A stretch of DNA of 64,000 nucleotides from Carcharhinus amblyrhynchos. Lineage: Eukaryota. Of the stretch, positions 48,951 to 61,849 are shown piece by piece. The position numbers and the translations under genes are program-made. The DNA is taken from positions 58,094,001 to 58,158,000 of the forward strand of contig OZ336878.1 of NCBI GenBank assembly GCA_965287045.1, written 5' to 3'. The notes beneath the pieces were generated by a model. The model made no database searches. It was not told the DNA's origin and worked only from the letters and a program-made list of their open reading frames with translations. Numbering within the stretch: position 1 is the stretch's first letter; each line of letters opens with the position of its first letter.

Positions 48951-51085
48951 AAGCCCCATGTTCATACTGAGGACAACTTCCATCATGCTTTGTGTCACTT
49001 CATGCTAAATGGGACAGAACCAGCAATGATCCAACAGCTGAAGTGGACATCTGTCAGGCACTGTGATCATTATTATCAGCAGCAGAATTGTACTTAATGA
49101 CATTCTGAAACCTTGTGGCCTGGCAGGTGTCTCATTCTACCATTACCAGTATGCTAGGGGACCAACCCTGTATTATGAGTGTACATCCTGAGTGTATGAG
49201 AGCATACCAGGAGTATTACTAAGAATACTGAAATAATACATCGATCATATTCATGCTAAAGAGCAGAGGCAGCATGCTACAGAGAAAGCTAAGTATTCAC
49301 ACAACTCATGGATTAGATCAAGGCTCCTCAGTCATGTAACATCCAGTTGTAACTGGTGGCAGACAATAAGACAAATAACTAGAGCAGGATGCTCCTCCAA
49401 CATCCCAATCCTAATGATGCCACAGCCAGTATGTTAACGCAAATGTTAAGGCCAAAACATTTGTCACCACTTTCAGCCTGAAGTGCCGGGTAGAAGATCC
49501 ATCTCAGCCTCCTCCCAAGATCCCCAGCATCATGGATGCTAATCTTCAGCAAATTTGATTAACTCCATTTGGTAGCAGGAAACAGTGGATACAAGAAAAG
49601 GCTATAGGCCCTGATAATATGCCAGCTGTAGTACCTAAGACTTGAGCTCCAGAAGTGGGCACTCTTCTAAGCTAAGCTGTTTCAATACAGCTATCTGGCA
49701 ATTTGGGAAATTTCCCATATATGCGTTGTCTACAAAAAGCAAAACAAATCCAATCTGGCTGATCACTGACCCATCAATCTACCCCCAATCATCAGCAAAA
49801 TGATGGAAGTTGCCATCAACTGTGCTATCAAGCAGCACTGATACAACTATAACTTGTTCGCTTATGCTGTTTGTTTTCTGCAAGAGCCACTTGCCTCCAT
49901 CTTAATTCTGAGAGCCTTGATCCAAAAATGGACACAATAGCTGGATTCCAGAGGTGATATCAGAGTGACTACCCCGGACCTCTCAGCAACCTTTAACCAT
50001 CAAGAAACTCAAGAAAACTTTACATCAATGGAAATAAGGAAAATCTCTCCACTGGTTGGAGGCATAACTACTACAAATTAAATAATTGTAGTTGTTGGAG
50101 GCCAATTATCTCAGAACCAGAATATTGCTGCACAAGTTTCCCACGGTAGTGCCCTGGGCCCAACCATCTTCAGCTGCTTCGTTGATGACCATCCCTCCAC
50201 CATTAAGTTTACTGATGATTGCACAATGTTAAGCACCATTTGTGACACCTTGGATACTGAAGTAGTCCATGCCCGTTTGCAGCAAGACTTGGACAACATT
50301 CAGGCTTGGGCTGATGAGTGGCAAGTAACATTCACACCACTCAAGTGCCAGGCAAAGATCATTACCAATGACAGTAAACTATCTATCCCCCCTCGACATT
50401 CAGTGGCATTGCTTTTACTGAATATCCCACTGTCAACATCCTGGGGGTTACTATTGACCAGGAACTGAACTGACCCAGCCATATGAACACTATGGCTAAA
50501 GAGAAGGTTTAAGGCGAGGAATTCTGTGGAGAGTAGCCCATCTCCTGACTCCACAAAACCTATCCGTAGTCTATAATCACAAATCAGGAATGTGATGGAA
50601 CACTCTCTCTTTGCCTGAAAGGGTATAGTTCCAACAACATTCGACACCATCCAAAGTAAAGAAGCCCACTTGATTGGCACCCTATCCACAACCTTAAACT
50701 TTGCATTCCTCCACCACCAATGCACAGTAACTGCAGTGTGAACCCTTCATAAGGTGTACTGCTACAACTTGGCAAGACTTCAACAGCACCTACCAAACTT
50801 GCAACTTCTCTTCTTCGAAGGATAAGGACATCAGATGCATGAGAACACTACTACCTTCCAATTCCCTTCCATTTCACACAATATTCTGACTGGGAACTAT
50901 ATTATTGTTCTTCATTTTTGTTGGATCAAAATCTTTGAACTCCCTCTGTAATGGTACTACGGGTATGCCTATATCATATGGACTGCAGCAGTTATAGAAA
51001 GTGGATCACCAACACCCTCTGAAGGGCAATTGGGGAAGAGCAATAACTTGCCAATTCCATCCACATCCCATGAATGAACAAATAA
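48951..51085 (+). mobile_element. RTE-X-like LINE, RT to 3' end
   Basis: LQQDLDNIQAWADEWQVTFTPLKCQ and GLLLTRN/GVTIDQ motifs; 3' end gggcaattggggaagagcaataa..catcccatgaatgaacaaataaaa. Confidence 0.8.
50183..51010 (+). repeat. Left arm of a long inverted repeat
   Basis: Reverse complement of 52103-52918; for example 50701-50760 matches the right arm at 60/60. Confidence 0.95.
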
Positions 51086-51158
51086 AATTCTGTAGTCTTC
51101 AACAGGTTGATTCATGTACTTCATATCTCTTACTTGTCTATTATGTTTATGTTGACAG

Positions 51159-51255
51159 CTGGTGCAAAGATATAGTTGAGGCATTGGTTAAGAAACGGAC
51201 TGCAATGCTCATTGAAGATCCTGACAATGAACTGAAGGAACTTGAAAAACTTAAG
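51159..51255 (+). CDS. AXDND1: AXDND1-like internal coding exon (97 nt, phase 2/0)
   Basis: Acceptor gtttatgttgacag, donor AAG|gtaatt. Translates (G)WCKDIVEALVKKRTAMLIEDPDNELKELEKLK; compare recalled human CCKGMVTAMA...EDLYEVDKLK. Confidence 0.9.
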
Positions 51256-51477
51256 GTAATTTTCTCTATTTCAGAAGTAGGTGACAGCAATCTTTGCCAA
51301 ACACGGCAGCACACTTTATGGAATTAATTTATGGTATCTGCATAATCTTTTCAGTATTTTGAATGCCTGGAGCATGTTTCTTTTCTCTGATGGAAAGTTG
51401 TTCAATTAACAGTTATCACGGTTATGAGGTAGTATTTCATATATCATCACTTTGAATTCTTTGTTTGGATTTACCAG

Positions 51478-51621
51478 GTGGAAAGCACTGAGTGGATAAA
51501 TATCTGTGAGCTGCTGCTTTCCGAAATTAAGCAACAACCAGTCCAATTGTTGTCATCCAGAGATGAAGCTATCCAATCACAAATCAATCTGACCCGTGAC
51601 CTATGCGCTGCCTGCTTGCGG
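51478..51621 (+). CDS. AXDND1: AXDND1-like internal coding exon (144 nt, phase 0/0)
   Basis: Acceptor ttgtttggatttaccag, donor CGG|gtaagg. Translates VESTEWINICELLLSEIKQQPVQLLSSRDEAIQSQINLTRDLCAACLR; compare recalled human [25 protein letters not shown]. Confidence 0.9.
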
Positions 51622-52102
51622 GTAAGGATAATTGTAATGGATAATTCTTGAATGTTGAGCATATTTTCCCTCCAGCTGTTTCTCATCTTCTGTGCAAAGT
51701 GATAAAGAGCTGGATATTATTCCATAGTGCAATTCTGTCACCCTATTCTTCAATTTTAGATTGTCTGCAATGTACTTGATCTTGGTAGGAAGGAAGTGTA
51801 ATTCAGTTGGGCAAAACTTGTAATCGTCCACCATCTGCAAATGCAACTTCCTAACAGGGAACTCCAATTTTCTATGTTGATTTCAATGTCTTTCTCTTTA
51901 GTGCCTATCCAGTGTTCTACGTTATTTCAAGTGGCTAGCAGAAGAGCCTGTATCTTTCCAGCTTTTACTTTTCTATTTGGAATGGGAGTAATACTACAAT
52001 TTATTCCATATCCCTAGTAGCCTTGGAAAGATGGTGGGGGGACTTCTCATTGAACTGTTGTCGTCAGTATGCTAATAGTTTTCCCTTAAAAATGTTAGCT
52101 AG

Positions 52103-52918
52103 GGTGATCCACTTTCTATAACTGCTGCAGTCCATATGATATAGGCATACCTATAGTACCATTACAGAGGGAGTTCAAAGATTTTGATCCAACGTAAATG
52201 AAGAACAATAATATAGTTACCAGTCAGAATATTGTGTGAAATGGAAGGGAATTGGAAGATATTGGTGTTCTCAAGCATCTGATGTCCTTATCCTTCAAAG
52301 AAGAGAAGTTGCAGGTTTGGTAGGTGCTGTTGAAGTCTTGCTGAGTTGTAGCAGTACACCTTATGAAGGGTTCACACTGCAGTTACTGTGCATTGGTGGT
52401 GGAGGAATGCAAAGTTTAAGGTTGTGGATAGGTGCCAATCAAGTGGGCTTCTTTACTTTGGATGGTGTCGAATGTTGCTGGAACTATACTCTTTCAGGCA
52501 AAGGGAGAGTGTTCCATCACATTCCTGATTTGTGATTATAGACTACGGACAGGTTTTGTGGAGTCAGGAGATGGGTTACTCTCCATAGAATTCCTAGCCT
52601 TTAACCTTCTCTTATAGCCACAGCGTTCAAATGGCTGGGTCAGTTCAGTTCCTGGTCAATAGTAACTCCCAGGATGTTGACAGTGGGGTATTCAGTAAAA
52701 GCAATGCCATTGAATGTCAGGGGGAGATAGATTTGGTAATGATCTTTGCCTAGCACTTGAGTGGTATGAATGTTACTTGCCAGTCATCAGCCCAAGCCTG
52801 AATGTTGTCCAAGTCTTGCTGCAAATGGGCATGAACCACTTCAGTATTCAAGGTGTTGTAAATGGTGCTTAACGTTGTGCAATCATCAATAAACTTAATG
52901 GTGGAGGGATGGTCATCA
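52103..52918 (-). repeat. Right arm of a long inverted repeat, sitting inside an older - strand RTE-X-like fragment (~52000-53160)
   Basis: Track ORFs 50584..50796(-) and 52236..52535(+) share VGAVEVL..CSSTPYEGFTLQLLCIGGGGMQSLRLWIG. Confidence 0.95.
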
Positions 52919-53231
52919 TTGACCCAACAATGATGAAGGAATGGTATTTGTCCCAGTAAAGATGGTGCATAACTTCAAGTAATGCTTTCAAATGACAGTG
53001 CACAATTGCTCTTGAATATCTTGCTTCAGAGGTTGCAGGATTGGAACAAACTATTGGAAGAATTATTGCACTGCATCCTGTAGATGGTACATATTGCAGC
53101 CACACTATGCTTGTGATCGAGGGGTTGGATATTGAGTTTAGTGGTAGTGCCACCAATCTGTAAACTATCCAGCCCTAGCTGGTATAAAGACAAAAAATGC
53201 TAGAAATATTCAGCAGATCAGGCAGCAGCTA

Positions 53232-54242
53232 GCGCCAAAATTGGGAGAGCTGTCTCACGGACAAGTCAAGCAACAACCTGACACATAGTTGTTCTCATGG
53301 AATCATCTTACAGATAACACCCCAGACACCACCATTACGATCCCTGGATATGTCCTGTCCCTCCGGCAGGACAGATCCAGCAGAGCTGGCGACAGTAGTA
53401 TACAGTCAGGAGGATGTTGCCCTTTGAGTCCTTAACATAGACTGTAGATCCCATGAAGTCTTGTGGCTTTGGGTTAAACATGGGCAAGGAACCTCTTACT
53501 GGTTACCATGTACAATCCTCCTTCGGCTGATGAATCAGCATTCCTCCATGTTGAACAACACTTGGAAGAAGCACTGAGGGTGGCAAGGGCGCAAAATGTA
53601 CTCTGGGTGGGGATTTCAATGTCCACCACCAAGAGGGGCTCAGCAGCAGCACTACTGATTGAGCTGGTTGGGTCCTAAAAGGATATAATTGCTAGACTAG
53701 GTCTGCAGCAGATGGTGAAGGAACCAAAAAGAGGAAATAACATTCTTGACCTCATCCTTACCAACCTGCCAGCCGTATCTGTTCATGACGACAGTATTGG
53801 TAAAAGTGACCACTGCACAGTCCTTGTGGAGGCAATGTCCAGCCTTCATATTGAGAATAACCTCCATCGTATTGTGTGGCACTATCACTGTGCTAAATGG
53901 GACAGACTTCAAATCTATCTAGCAACTTAAGATGGGGCATCCATGAGATGCTGTGGGCCATCAACAGCAGCGGAATTGTACTCCAGCTCCATCTGCAACC
54001 TCATGGCTTGGCATATCCCCACTCGACCATTACCGTCAAACCAGGGGATAAACCCTGGTTCAATGGAGCACGCAGGTGGGCATGCCAGGAGCAGCATCAA
54101 GCGTACCTAAAAATGAGGTGTGAACCTGGTGAAGCTACCAAACAGGACTACTTGCATGCCAAATGGCAGAAATAGCAAGTGATAGACAGGGCTAAGCAAT
54201 CCCACAACCAATGGATCAGATCCAAGCCCTGCAGTCCTTCAG
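53232..54242 (+). mobile_element. RTE-X-like LINE endonuclease-region fragment
   Basis: TIPGYVLS..QDRSSRAG; GDFNVHHQE; VKEPKRGNNILDLILTN..IGKSDHCTV (APE C-terminal SDH motif). Confidence 0.85.
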
Positions 54243-54879
54243 TATGCGCACCCAGTTGGTTTGCCCCATCCCAATACCTGACGTCCCTATAAATACTGAT
54301 GTCCAATTTCCTCATCTCCAACCTCCTACTGATGTCCAGCTCCCCCACTCCTTAATATCTGACCCCTTACCACGATGTTTAACATGGCTGACATTTGCTC
54401 TACCAACTTCCAGTAACTGAAGCCCTCCACGTGTCTGACCACCACCCCCCCCTCACATTTCTCCCATGCCCGACTCAACATGCATCCCTTGATGTTAACC
54501 CCTTACACCCCACTGCCCCTTACCTAACACTGCCTCCCACCCACCCATCAAACCTCTGCAATATTTAACACCTCTTACCCACCAATACATTATTCCTTCC
54601 ACCAATGCCTTGCACCACCCCCGCCCCCCCAACCTAGCCACCTGATGCCTGCCAGCCCAGCCACCTACTGAAAATGTTGTACTCCCCGCCCCGCCCTGCC
54701 CCATCCCACCAATTTCTGACTCCCCATCCCCAAATTCCATCCACTTACCTTCTCAGATTGAGGGCAGATTAGCAAGTCAATGGGGCGTTAAGTTGGGGAC
54801 AAAGATATCGTTGCCATTCTCAATTCCAACACGTCCACTCATTCCACAATTTCACCCAACTTTTGCCACCCAGTTTTTA

Positions 54880-57490
54880 CCATTAAGCTAGTCCCAATTG
54901 CCCACGTTTTGCCCATATACTTGTGTACCCATTTTACCCATATAATCTCAATGCTTTTTAAAAGACAAAATCGTATCCGCCTCTATTACTATTTCTGGCA
55001 GCTTGTTCCAGATCCTCACCACCCTCTGAGTGAAAAAATTGCCCTTCTGGACTCTTTTGTAGCTCTCTCCTTTCACCTTAAACCTATGCCCTCTAGTTTT
55101 AGTCTCCCCTATCTTCGGGAAAATATATCGACTGTCCACCTTATCTATGCCTCTTATTATTTTATAGTCCTCCATAAGATCAACCTAAGCCTCCTCCACT
55201 CCAGGAAAAGAAGCCCCAGTCTATCCAGCCTTTCTTTATAATTCAAACCATCAAGTCCTGGTAGCATCCTAGTAAATCTTATCTGCACTATTTCTAGTTT
55301 AATAATATCCTTTTTATAATAGGATGACCAGAGCTGTACACAGTATTCCAAGTGTGGCCTTACTAATGTCTTGTACAACTTCAACAAGATGTCTTAACTG
55401 TACTCAATGTTCTGACCAATGAAACCAAGCGTGCTGAATGCCTTCTTCACTGCCCTGTCGACCTGTGATTCCATTTTCAAGGAGCTATGAACCTGTACTC
55501 CTCGATCTTTTTGTTCTAAAACTCTCCCCAACACCCTACCATTAACTGAGTACCCTGATTCGATCTACCAAAACGCATCACCTCAAATTTATCTAAATTA
55601 AACTCCATCCGCCATTCATTGGCCCACTGGCCCAATTGATCAAGATCCCGTTGTAATCCTAGATAAACTTCTTCACTGTCCACTATGCCATCAATCTTGG
55701 TGTCATCTGCAAACTTACAAACCATGCCTCTTAGATTCTCATCCAAATCATTAATATAAATAACAAATAATAGTGAATCCAGCACCAGTCCCTGGGGCAC
55801 AGCACTGGTCACAGGTCTCCAGTTTGAAAAATAACGCTCTACAACTACCCTATGTCTTCTGTTGTCAAAGCAATTTTGTACCTAATTGGCTACCTCACCT
55901 GGATCCCCTATGATTTAACCTTATGCAACAACCTACCATGCGGTACCTTGTCAAAGGCCTTGCTAGACAACACCAACTGCACTACCCTCATCTATCTTTT
56001 TGGTTATATCTTCAAAAAACTGTCAAATTCATGAGACATGATTTTCCACTCACACAGCCATGCTGACTGTCCCTAATCAGTCTTTGCCTCTTTAAATGTC
56101 TATAGATTCTGTTTCTCAGAATAGCTTCTAACAACTTGCCCACTACAGACATTAGACTCACCAGTTTATAGTTCCCAGGTTTTTCCCTGCAGCCCTCCTT
56201 AAACAAAGGCACAAAACTTGCCACCCTCTAATCTTCAGGGCACTCACCCGTGGCTGTCAATGATTCAGATATCTCTGCTAGGGGTCCTGCAGTTGCCTCT
56301 CTAATCTTACATCAATGTCCTGGCATACATTTCATTAGCTCCTGGGAATCATCTACCTTGATGTGCTTTAAGGCTTCCAGCACCACTTTCTCTGTAATAT
56401 GTACATTCCTCAAGATATCACTATTTCCCCAAGTTTCCTAACGTCCATGCCCTTCTCAACAATAAATACCATTGAGAAATATTCATTTATGGTCTCACTC
56501 ACCTCTTGGGGACCTGCACATAGATGACCTTGTTGATCCTTAAGAGGCCCTACTCTCTCCCAGTTACTCTTTTGCCCTTTGTATATTTGGAGAAGCTTTT
56601 TGGATTTTCCTTTGCCTTATCTGCCAAAGCAATCTCATGTCCTCCTCTTACCCTCCTGATTTCTCTCTTAACTCTACTCCGACAACCTCAATACTCTTCA
56701 AGGGATCCATTTGGTCCCAGCTGCCTATGCATGTCATGTCCTCCTTCTTCTTTTTGACCAGGGCCTCAATATCCCAAGTCATCCAGGGTTCCCTACTTCT
56801 CCCAGCCTTGCCCTTCACTCTAAAAGAGATGTGCTTACCCTGAACCCTAGTTAACACAATTGTGAATGCCTCCCACTTATCAGATGTCCCTTTGCCTGCC
56901 AACAGACTCCCCCAATTAACTTTTGAAAGTTCCTGTCTAATCCCATCAAAATTGGCCTTGCCCCAGTTTAGAATTTTAACTTTTGGGCCACACTATCGTT
57001 CTCCATAACTATCTTAAAACTAGTGGAATTATGGTCACTGGTTCCGGTGTGATCCCTCACCAACACTTCTATCACCTGCCCTTCCTTATTTCCCAAGAGG
57101 AAGTCAGGTTTTGCCCCCTCACAGATTGGGCCATTCACATACTGAATGAGAAATTCCTCCTGAATACACTCAATAAATTTCTCTCCATCCAAGCGCCTAA
57201 TGTTGTGGCTGTCCCAGTCAGTGCTGGGAAGGTTCAAGTCCCCTACTACTACCACCCTATTTTTCTTGCAGCTATCTGTAATCTCCTTATATATTTACTC
57301 TTCAACTTCCCGCTGACTATTTGGGGGCTTGTTGTACAGCCCTATCAAAGTGATCACTCCCTTATTTTTAGTTTACTCAGTGGGTGAACCCTTGTATATA
57401 CCCCCTCTCAATACTGCAGTGATGTTCTCCCTAATCAAAAATGCAACTTCCCCTTCTCTTTTCTCCTGTTCTATCTTTCCTGTGGCAGTT
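54880..57490 (-). mobile_element. CR1 LINE, APE-RT-3' region, decayed
   Basis: ORFs 56968..57255 (VVGDLNLP..SDHN), 56012..56224, 55516..55812 (VPQG..FVIYINDLD..CKFADDTK) and 55157..55387. Confidence 0.92.
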
Positions 57491-58299
57491 CCTATATCTT
57501 TCCTTTCAGCTCCCATCACAGTCATTTCTCATGGCAGGCAGAGGCTAACCCTGCCAGGAGTCTAGCAGCTTTCACTGCTTGGTCTGGTGACTTAATCCGC
57601 ACCAAGATAGAGATCATGGCATGCAGACCTTCAAGGATCTCAGTCAGACTTTCTCATGCATCCCATGTGCATCTGTTCACAGCTCCTCCTTGCAGACCGT
57701 GGCATGTTGTGAGGATGGCAGATTGAATGGAGCAAGATGTCAGTTGGTTACATCATTTCAAAGTGACTGTGTCTCTCTGATGGTTGTTTGTCACAACGAA
57801 CAGCTGCTTCACTAAGGCATTGTGATTGGATGAGTAACATAGACTCACTCATTCAAAATCCTATTATCCTACGTCTCTTATATTGTCCTCCAGTCTCTTC
57901 CCTGTCCACTGGACTCTTACTTACATCTGTGACCCTTGGACCATGCTCAATGCTCACATTCCATTTCAAGGGTTTCCACCTCAGACATCAAAAGGATCAG
58001 AAAGTTGAGCACCACACCACCCATCCTGCACAAAAGTGCTTTCATTTGTCCATTCTCCATCTGCTACACCATACCTGCCTTTCCATGCATCACTTCCCAT
58101 GACAAACAGGCTCAGGTGTCATCAGATTGGCACACCTCACTCTATCACACATCCAAACCAAATGGGAACGTTCCTTCATGTTGGACTGTGATTATCGTAG
58201 ATGCTACTAGATATGCAATTTTTGTGTTTGAGGAAATGTTTTAAAATTCTGTTTCTTTCTACAGGCAGTCAATATACCTGGAGGGAATGCAGCTCAGAT

Positions 58300-58743
58300 G
58301 CTGAGAAAGCAGGATAGTTACACATTTCAGTCATGTAATATTTATTCAGGATCCAGCTAATGGATTTTAGTTTATAGATGAAAAGGTCCCCTGAGGTTTT
58401 TTGATTAAAACTTCAAAGCTATTAACAATTTATAGCAAGTATGCTTAGGTTAAGAGGACTGTTGCTTATTTGGAATTGAAACAGTGATAAGTTAGAAATT
58501 AGAGATGTTTCCTTTCAATTTTTTAACTGTTGTTCAATTGTTAAAAGTTAAGCTGATGCATTTTGTTAAAGTTATATAAAACTGTCTTATGAATAAAGCA
58601 TGGTTTGATAAAAGATCCCTAATTTTTCAGTAGAATTCAGTAATTCTACTGAAAGCATCCTTTCCTCAATTTTATGCTAAAATAAAAAAACTGTTGGGGT
58701 CTAGTCTGGCTTCATAATATACCTCAGGTCTAGGACTCTAACA
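58300..58743 (+). mobile_element. LTR-like fragment (3' part)
   Basis: AATAAA at ~58592-58597; ends ctggcttcataatatacc..ctctaaca, like 32900-32936. Confidence 0.4.
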
Positions 58744-58934
58744 GACAACACAAGGATCGGTGCCATTTGGTAATCTGCAATTCTCACTCCTGAATGTCAC
58801 AAAATCCGGCACCCTTCAGGACATTTATACACACGTCCATGCTAACCCAATACTCACCCTTGTGGAACACAGAAGGTGATTGAACCTTTTCTGATACTGG
58901 ATCCATGTGTGGCACACAGCATCAGGCCCACTCA

Positions 58935-59090
58935 CCTGGGCAACTCCCTCTATCCACGCATTTTTCGTTTGATGAGGTGCCCTTGTTTTGTAATCTCATG
59001 GGATTAGTATCTCCTGCCACTCTCTGCCTCCAGTAGAGCATATAGGCAAACATCTGAGAAGCAGGGAACAGAGTGCTTGCTGGAACTGCT
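58935..59090 (-). mobile_element. PIF/Harbinger Myb/SANT-like ORF relic (N-terminal part)
   Basis: Frameshifted VPCFSDVCLYALLEAESGRR..IP*DYKTRAPHQTKNAWIEGVAQ, followed by a gtgagt donor. Confidence 0.6.
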
Positions 59091-59505
59091 CTGCTGCCTG
59101 GCATTGTCTACTGGTCCTGAGGCCACCAATTCATTACTCCTTCCAGGCAAAGTCTGACAGCTCCCTGCGACTCCTCAGCAACTCTTTGACACCCTTTGGA
59201 GAGTTCCCTGTGCACTTCTTTGTTCTTCCTCCAGTCCTCCATTGATGCATCACCTGACATACTCCTGTTCCTGTCCCCACCAGCAAAGCTGAGCCACTGT
59301 CATGTTGGCCACATATTAATTGGTCTGTTAGCCTGAAATCTGTGTTGGCATCCAATCACGGGTGGGATTAGATACCACGTTTGCTTCTAGGCCTGCTGAT
59401 TGCACTCGCAAGCTGATGGTAAAATTCAGACCATTATTTTTTAATGTGACTGTGTAAATATAATGCTAGCTTGTTATTCCCCTTCACTTCATCTTTGCAT
59501 TTCAG

Positions 59506-59610
59506 GACTCAGCCACTAACACACTTGGGACGTTTGAATCTGAGGTATCCACAGTAATGACAGGAGAAAAAGAAAATATTGATAAGTTCATAAGTGTTGA
59601 ATCTTTCCAG
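59506..59610 (+). CDS. AXDND1: Probable downstream coding exon of the same gene (105 nt, phase 0/0)
   Basis: Acceptor cttcatctttgcatttcag, donor CAG|gtaaat. Open frame DSATNTLGTFESEVSTVMTGEKENIDKFISVESFQ, phase-compatible; no recognisable homology. Confidence 0.72.
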
Positions 59611-59761
59611 GTAAATTCAAGCAACATGTGCTTTATCTTAAAGATAAATGAATGCTTTAGTAGGAAAAATATTTCACTAACCATGTGTTAGGGTAAAGGA
59701 ATAGTAATAATGAGATGCTGAAATAAACCATCTTTTGTTCAACAATGCAGTTGCAGTTTGA

Positions 59762-61665
59762 TGAGTGGACCAGATGGACGACACTCCAGGGTTCTAAAAG
59801 GGATAGCAGAGGAAATTGTGGAGGCATTGGTGGTGATCATTTAGGAATCAATGGAAGCTGGGAGGACTGGAAAGTAGCTAATGTAACACTGCTTTTTAAG
59901 AAATGAGGGAGGCAGCAGATGGGAAATTACAGGCCAGTTAGCCTGACTTCGGTCATTGGCAAGATTTGAATCCGTTATTAAAGATGAGATCGCAGAGTAC
60001 TTGCAAGTGCATGATAAGATAGGACTAAGTCAAGGGGAGGTCAGGTCTGATAAATCTATTAAAACTTCTTTGAGGAAGTAACAAGGAAGTTAGATAAAGG
60101 AGAACCAGTGGGTGTGATTTATTTAGATTTGCGAAAGGCCTTTGACAAGATGCCACATAGGAGACTTAAGTAAGTTAAGAGCCCATGGTGTTAAGGGTAA
60201 GACCCTGGCATGGATAGAGGATTGGCTGACTGGCAGAAGGCAGAGAGTGGGGATAAAGGGGCCTTTTTCAGGATGGTAGCTGGTGACTAGAGGCGTGCCT
60301 CAGGGTTCCATGCTGGGACCACAGCTTTTCATTATATACATATATACATGTACATTAATGATGTGGAAGAAGGAACTGAAGGCACTGTTACTAAGTTTGC
60401 AGATGATACAAAGATATTACCAAGACAGGTAGTATTGCGAAAGAAGGGGGTTGCAGAAGGACCTGGATAGATTAGGAGAGTGGGCAAAGAAGTGGCAGAT
60501 GGAATACAAAGTAGAAAAGTGAAAGATTATGCACTTTGGAAGGAGGAATGGAGGCATAGACTATTTTCTAAATGGGGAAATGCTTAGGAAATCAGAAACA
60601 CAAAGGAACTTGGGAGCGCTTGTTCAAGATTCTCTTAAGGTTAATATGCAAGGTCAGTCAGCAGTTAGGAAGGCAAATGCAATGTTAGCATTCATGTTCA
60701 GAGAGCTAGAATACAAGAGCAAGGATGTACTTCTGGGGCTACACAAGGCTCTAGTCAGACCCCATTTGGAGTATTGTGAGCAGTTTTGGGTGCCATATCT
60801 AAGGAAGGGTGTGCTGGCCTTGGAAAGGGTCCAGAGGAGCTTCAGAAGAATGATCCCTGAAATGAAGAGCTTATATTATGAGGACTCTGGGTCTGTACTC
60901 GTTCGAGTTTAGATGGATGAGGGGGGGATCTTATTGAAACTTACAGGGTACTATGAAGCCTGGATAGAGTGGATAGGGGGAGGATATTTCCACTAGTAGG
61001 AAAAACTAGAACCGGAGGTCACAATCTCAGGCTAAAGGGATGATCCTTTAAAACAGAGATGAGGAGGAATTTCTTCAACCAGAGACTGGTGAATCTGTGG
61101 AACTCTTTGCCGCTGAAGGCTGTAGAAGCTGGGTCATTGAGTGTCTTTAAGACAGAGATACAAAGGTCCTTGATTAATAAGGGAATCGGGTTATGAGGAA
61201 AAGGCAGGAGAGTGGGGATGAGAAAAATATCAGCCATGATTGAATGGTGGAGCACTTGATGGGCCGAGTGGCCTAATTCTGTTCCTATGTTTTATGGTCT
61301 TTTGGAAGAAACAAGCAAGGTGGATAAAGAACCTTATAGATGTGGTGTACCTGGATCTCCAGTAGATATTTGACAAGGTGCCATGTCAACGGTTACTACA
61401 CAAAATAAGAGCTTGTGGTCTTGGAGATAACAGTATGGATAGAGGATTGATTAGCTAACCAGAAGGAGAGAGTAGAGATAAATAGGTCATTTTTGGGCTG
61501 AAAAGCTGTAATCACAGGGATTAGTGCTGGCCCTCAAAAATATAACCAACTTGGATGAAGGGATTGAAAACATTGTGGTTAAATTTACTGATAAGACAAA
61601 GCTAGGTTGGAGAGTAAGTTGTGAAATGTACAGAGAAAGTTTGCAAAGGGACAAAGGTTAAACGA
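59762..61665 (+). mobile_element. CR1 LINE RT-3' copy (59762-61300) followed by an older CR1 fragment
   Basis: GPDG..PRVLK, NYRPVSLTSV, KFADDTK, ORF 60529..60912; tail ttcctatgttttatggtctt. Confidence 0.9.
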
Positions 61666-61849
61666 GTGTCAGAGTCTTGTGGCACAGTGGTTGCACCCCT
61701 ACCTTCAGGCTAGAAGCTCTAGGTTCAAGTTCCACTTCAGGACTTGACAGCTACGTAAGATGCATTCATGACAGGGCCATACAGGTTGGTAATCCTTTTA
61801 GTATGCCTGATGGCAGGATGTAAGAGCATAAAGGAGTTTTCTGGTCAGG

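Noticed and set aside
58265-58334. Possible extra exon after a good acceptor (tttctttctacag|GCAGTC..)
   Set aside because: There is no phase-0 GT donor before the in-frame stop, and the sequence adjoins an LTR-like fragment. Not supportable without RNA data.
61678-61745. tRNA gene (A/B-box-like motifs; also at 1911, 4853 and 43553)
   Set aside because: No complete cloverleaf; these are tRNA-derived SINE heads.
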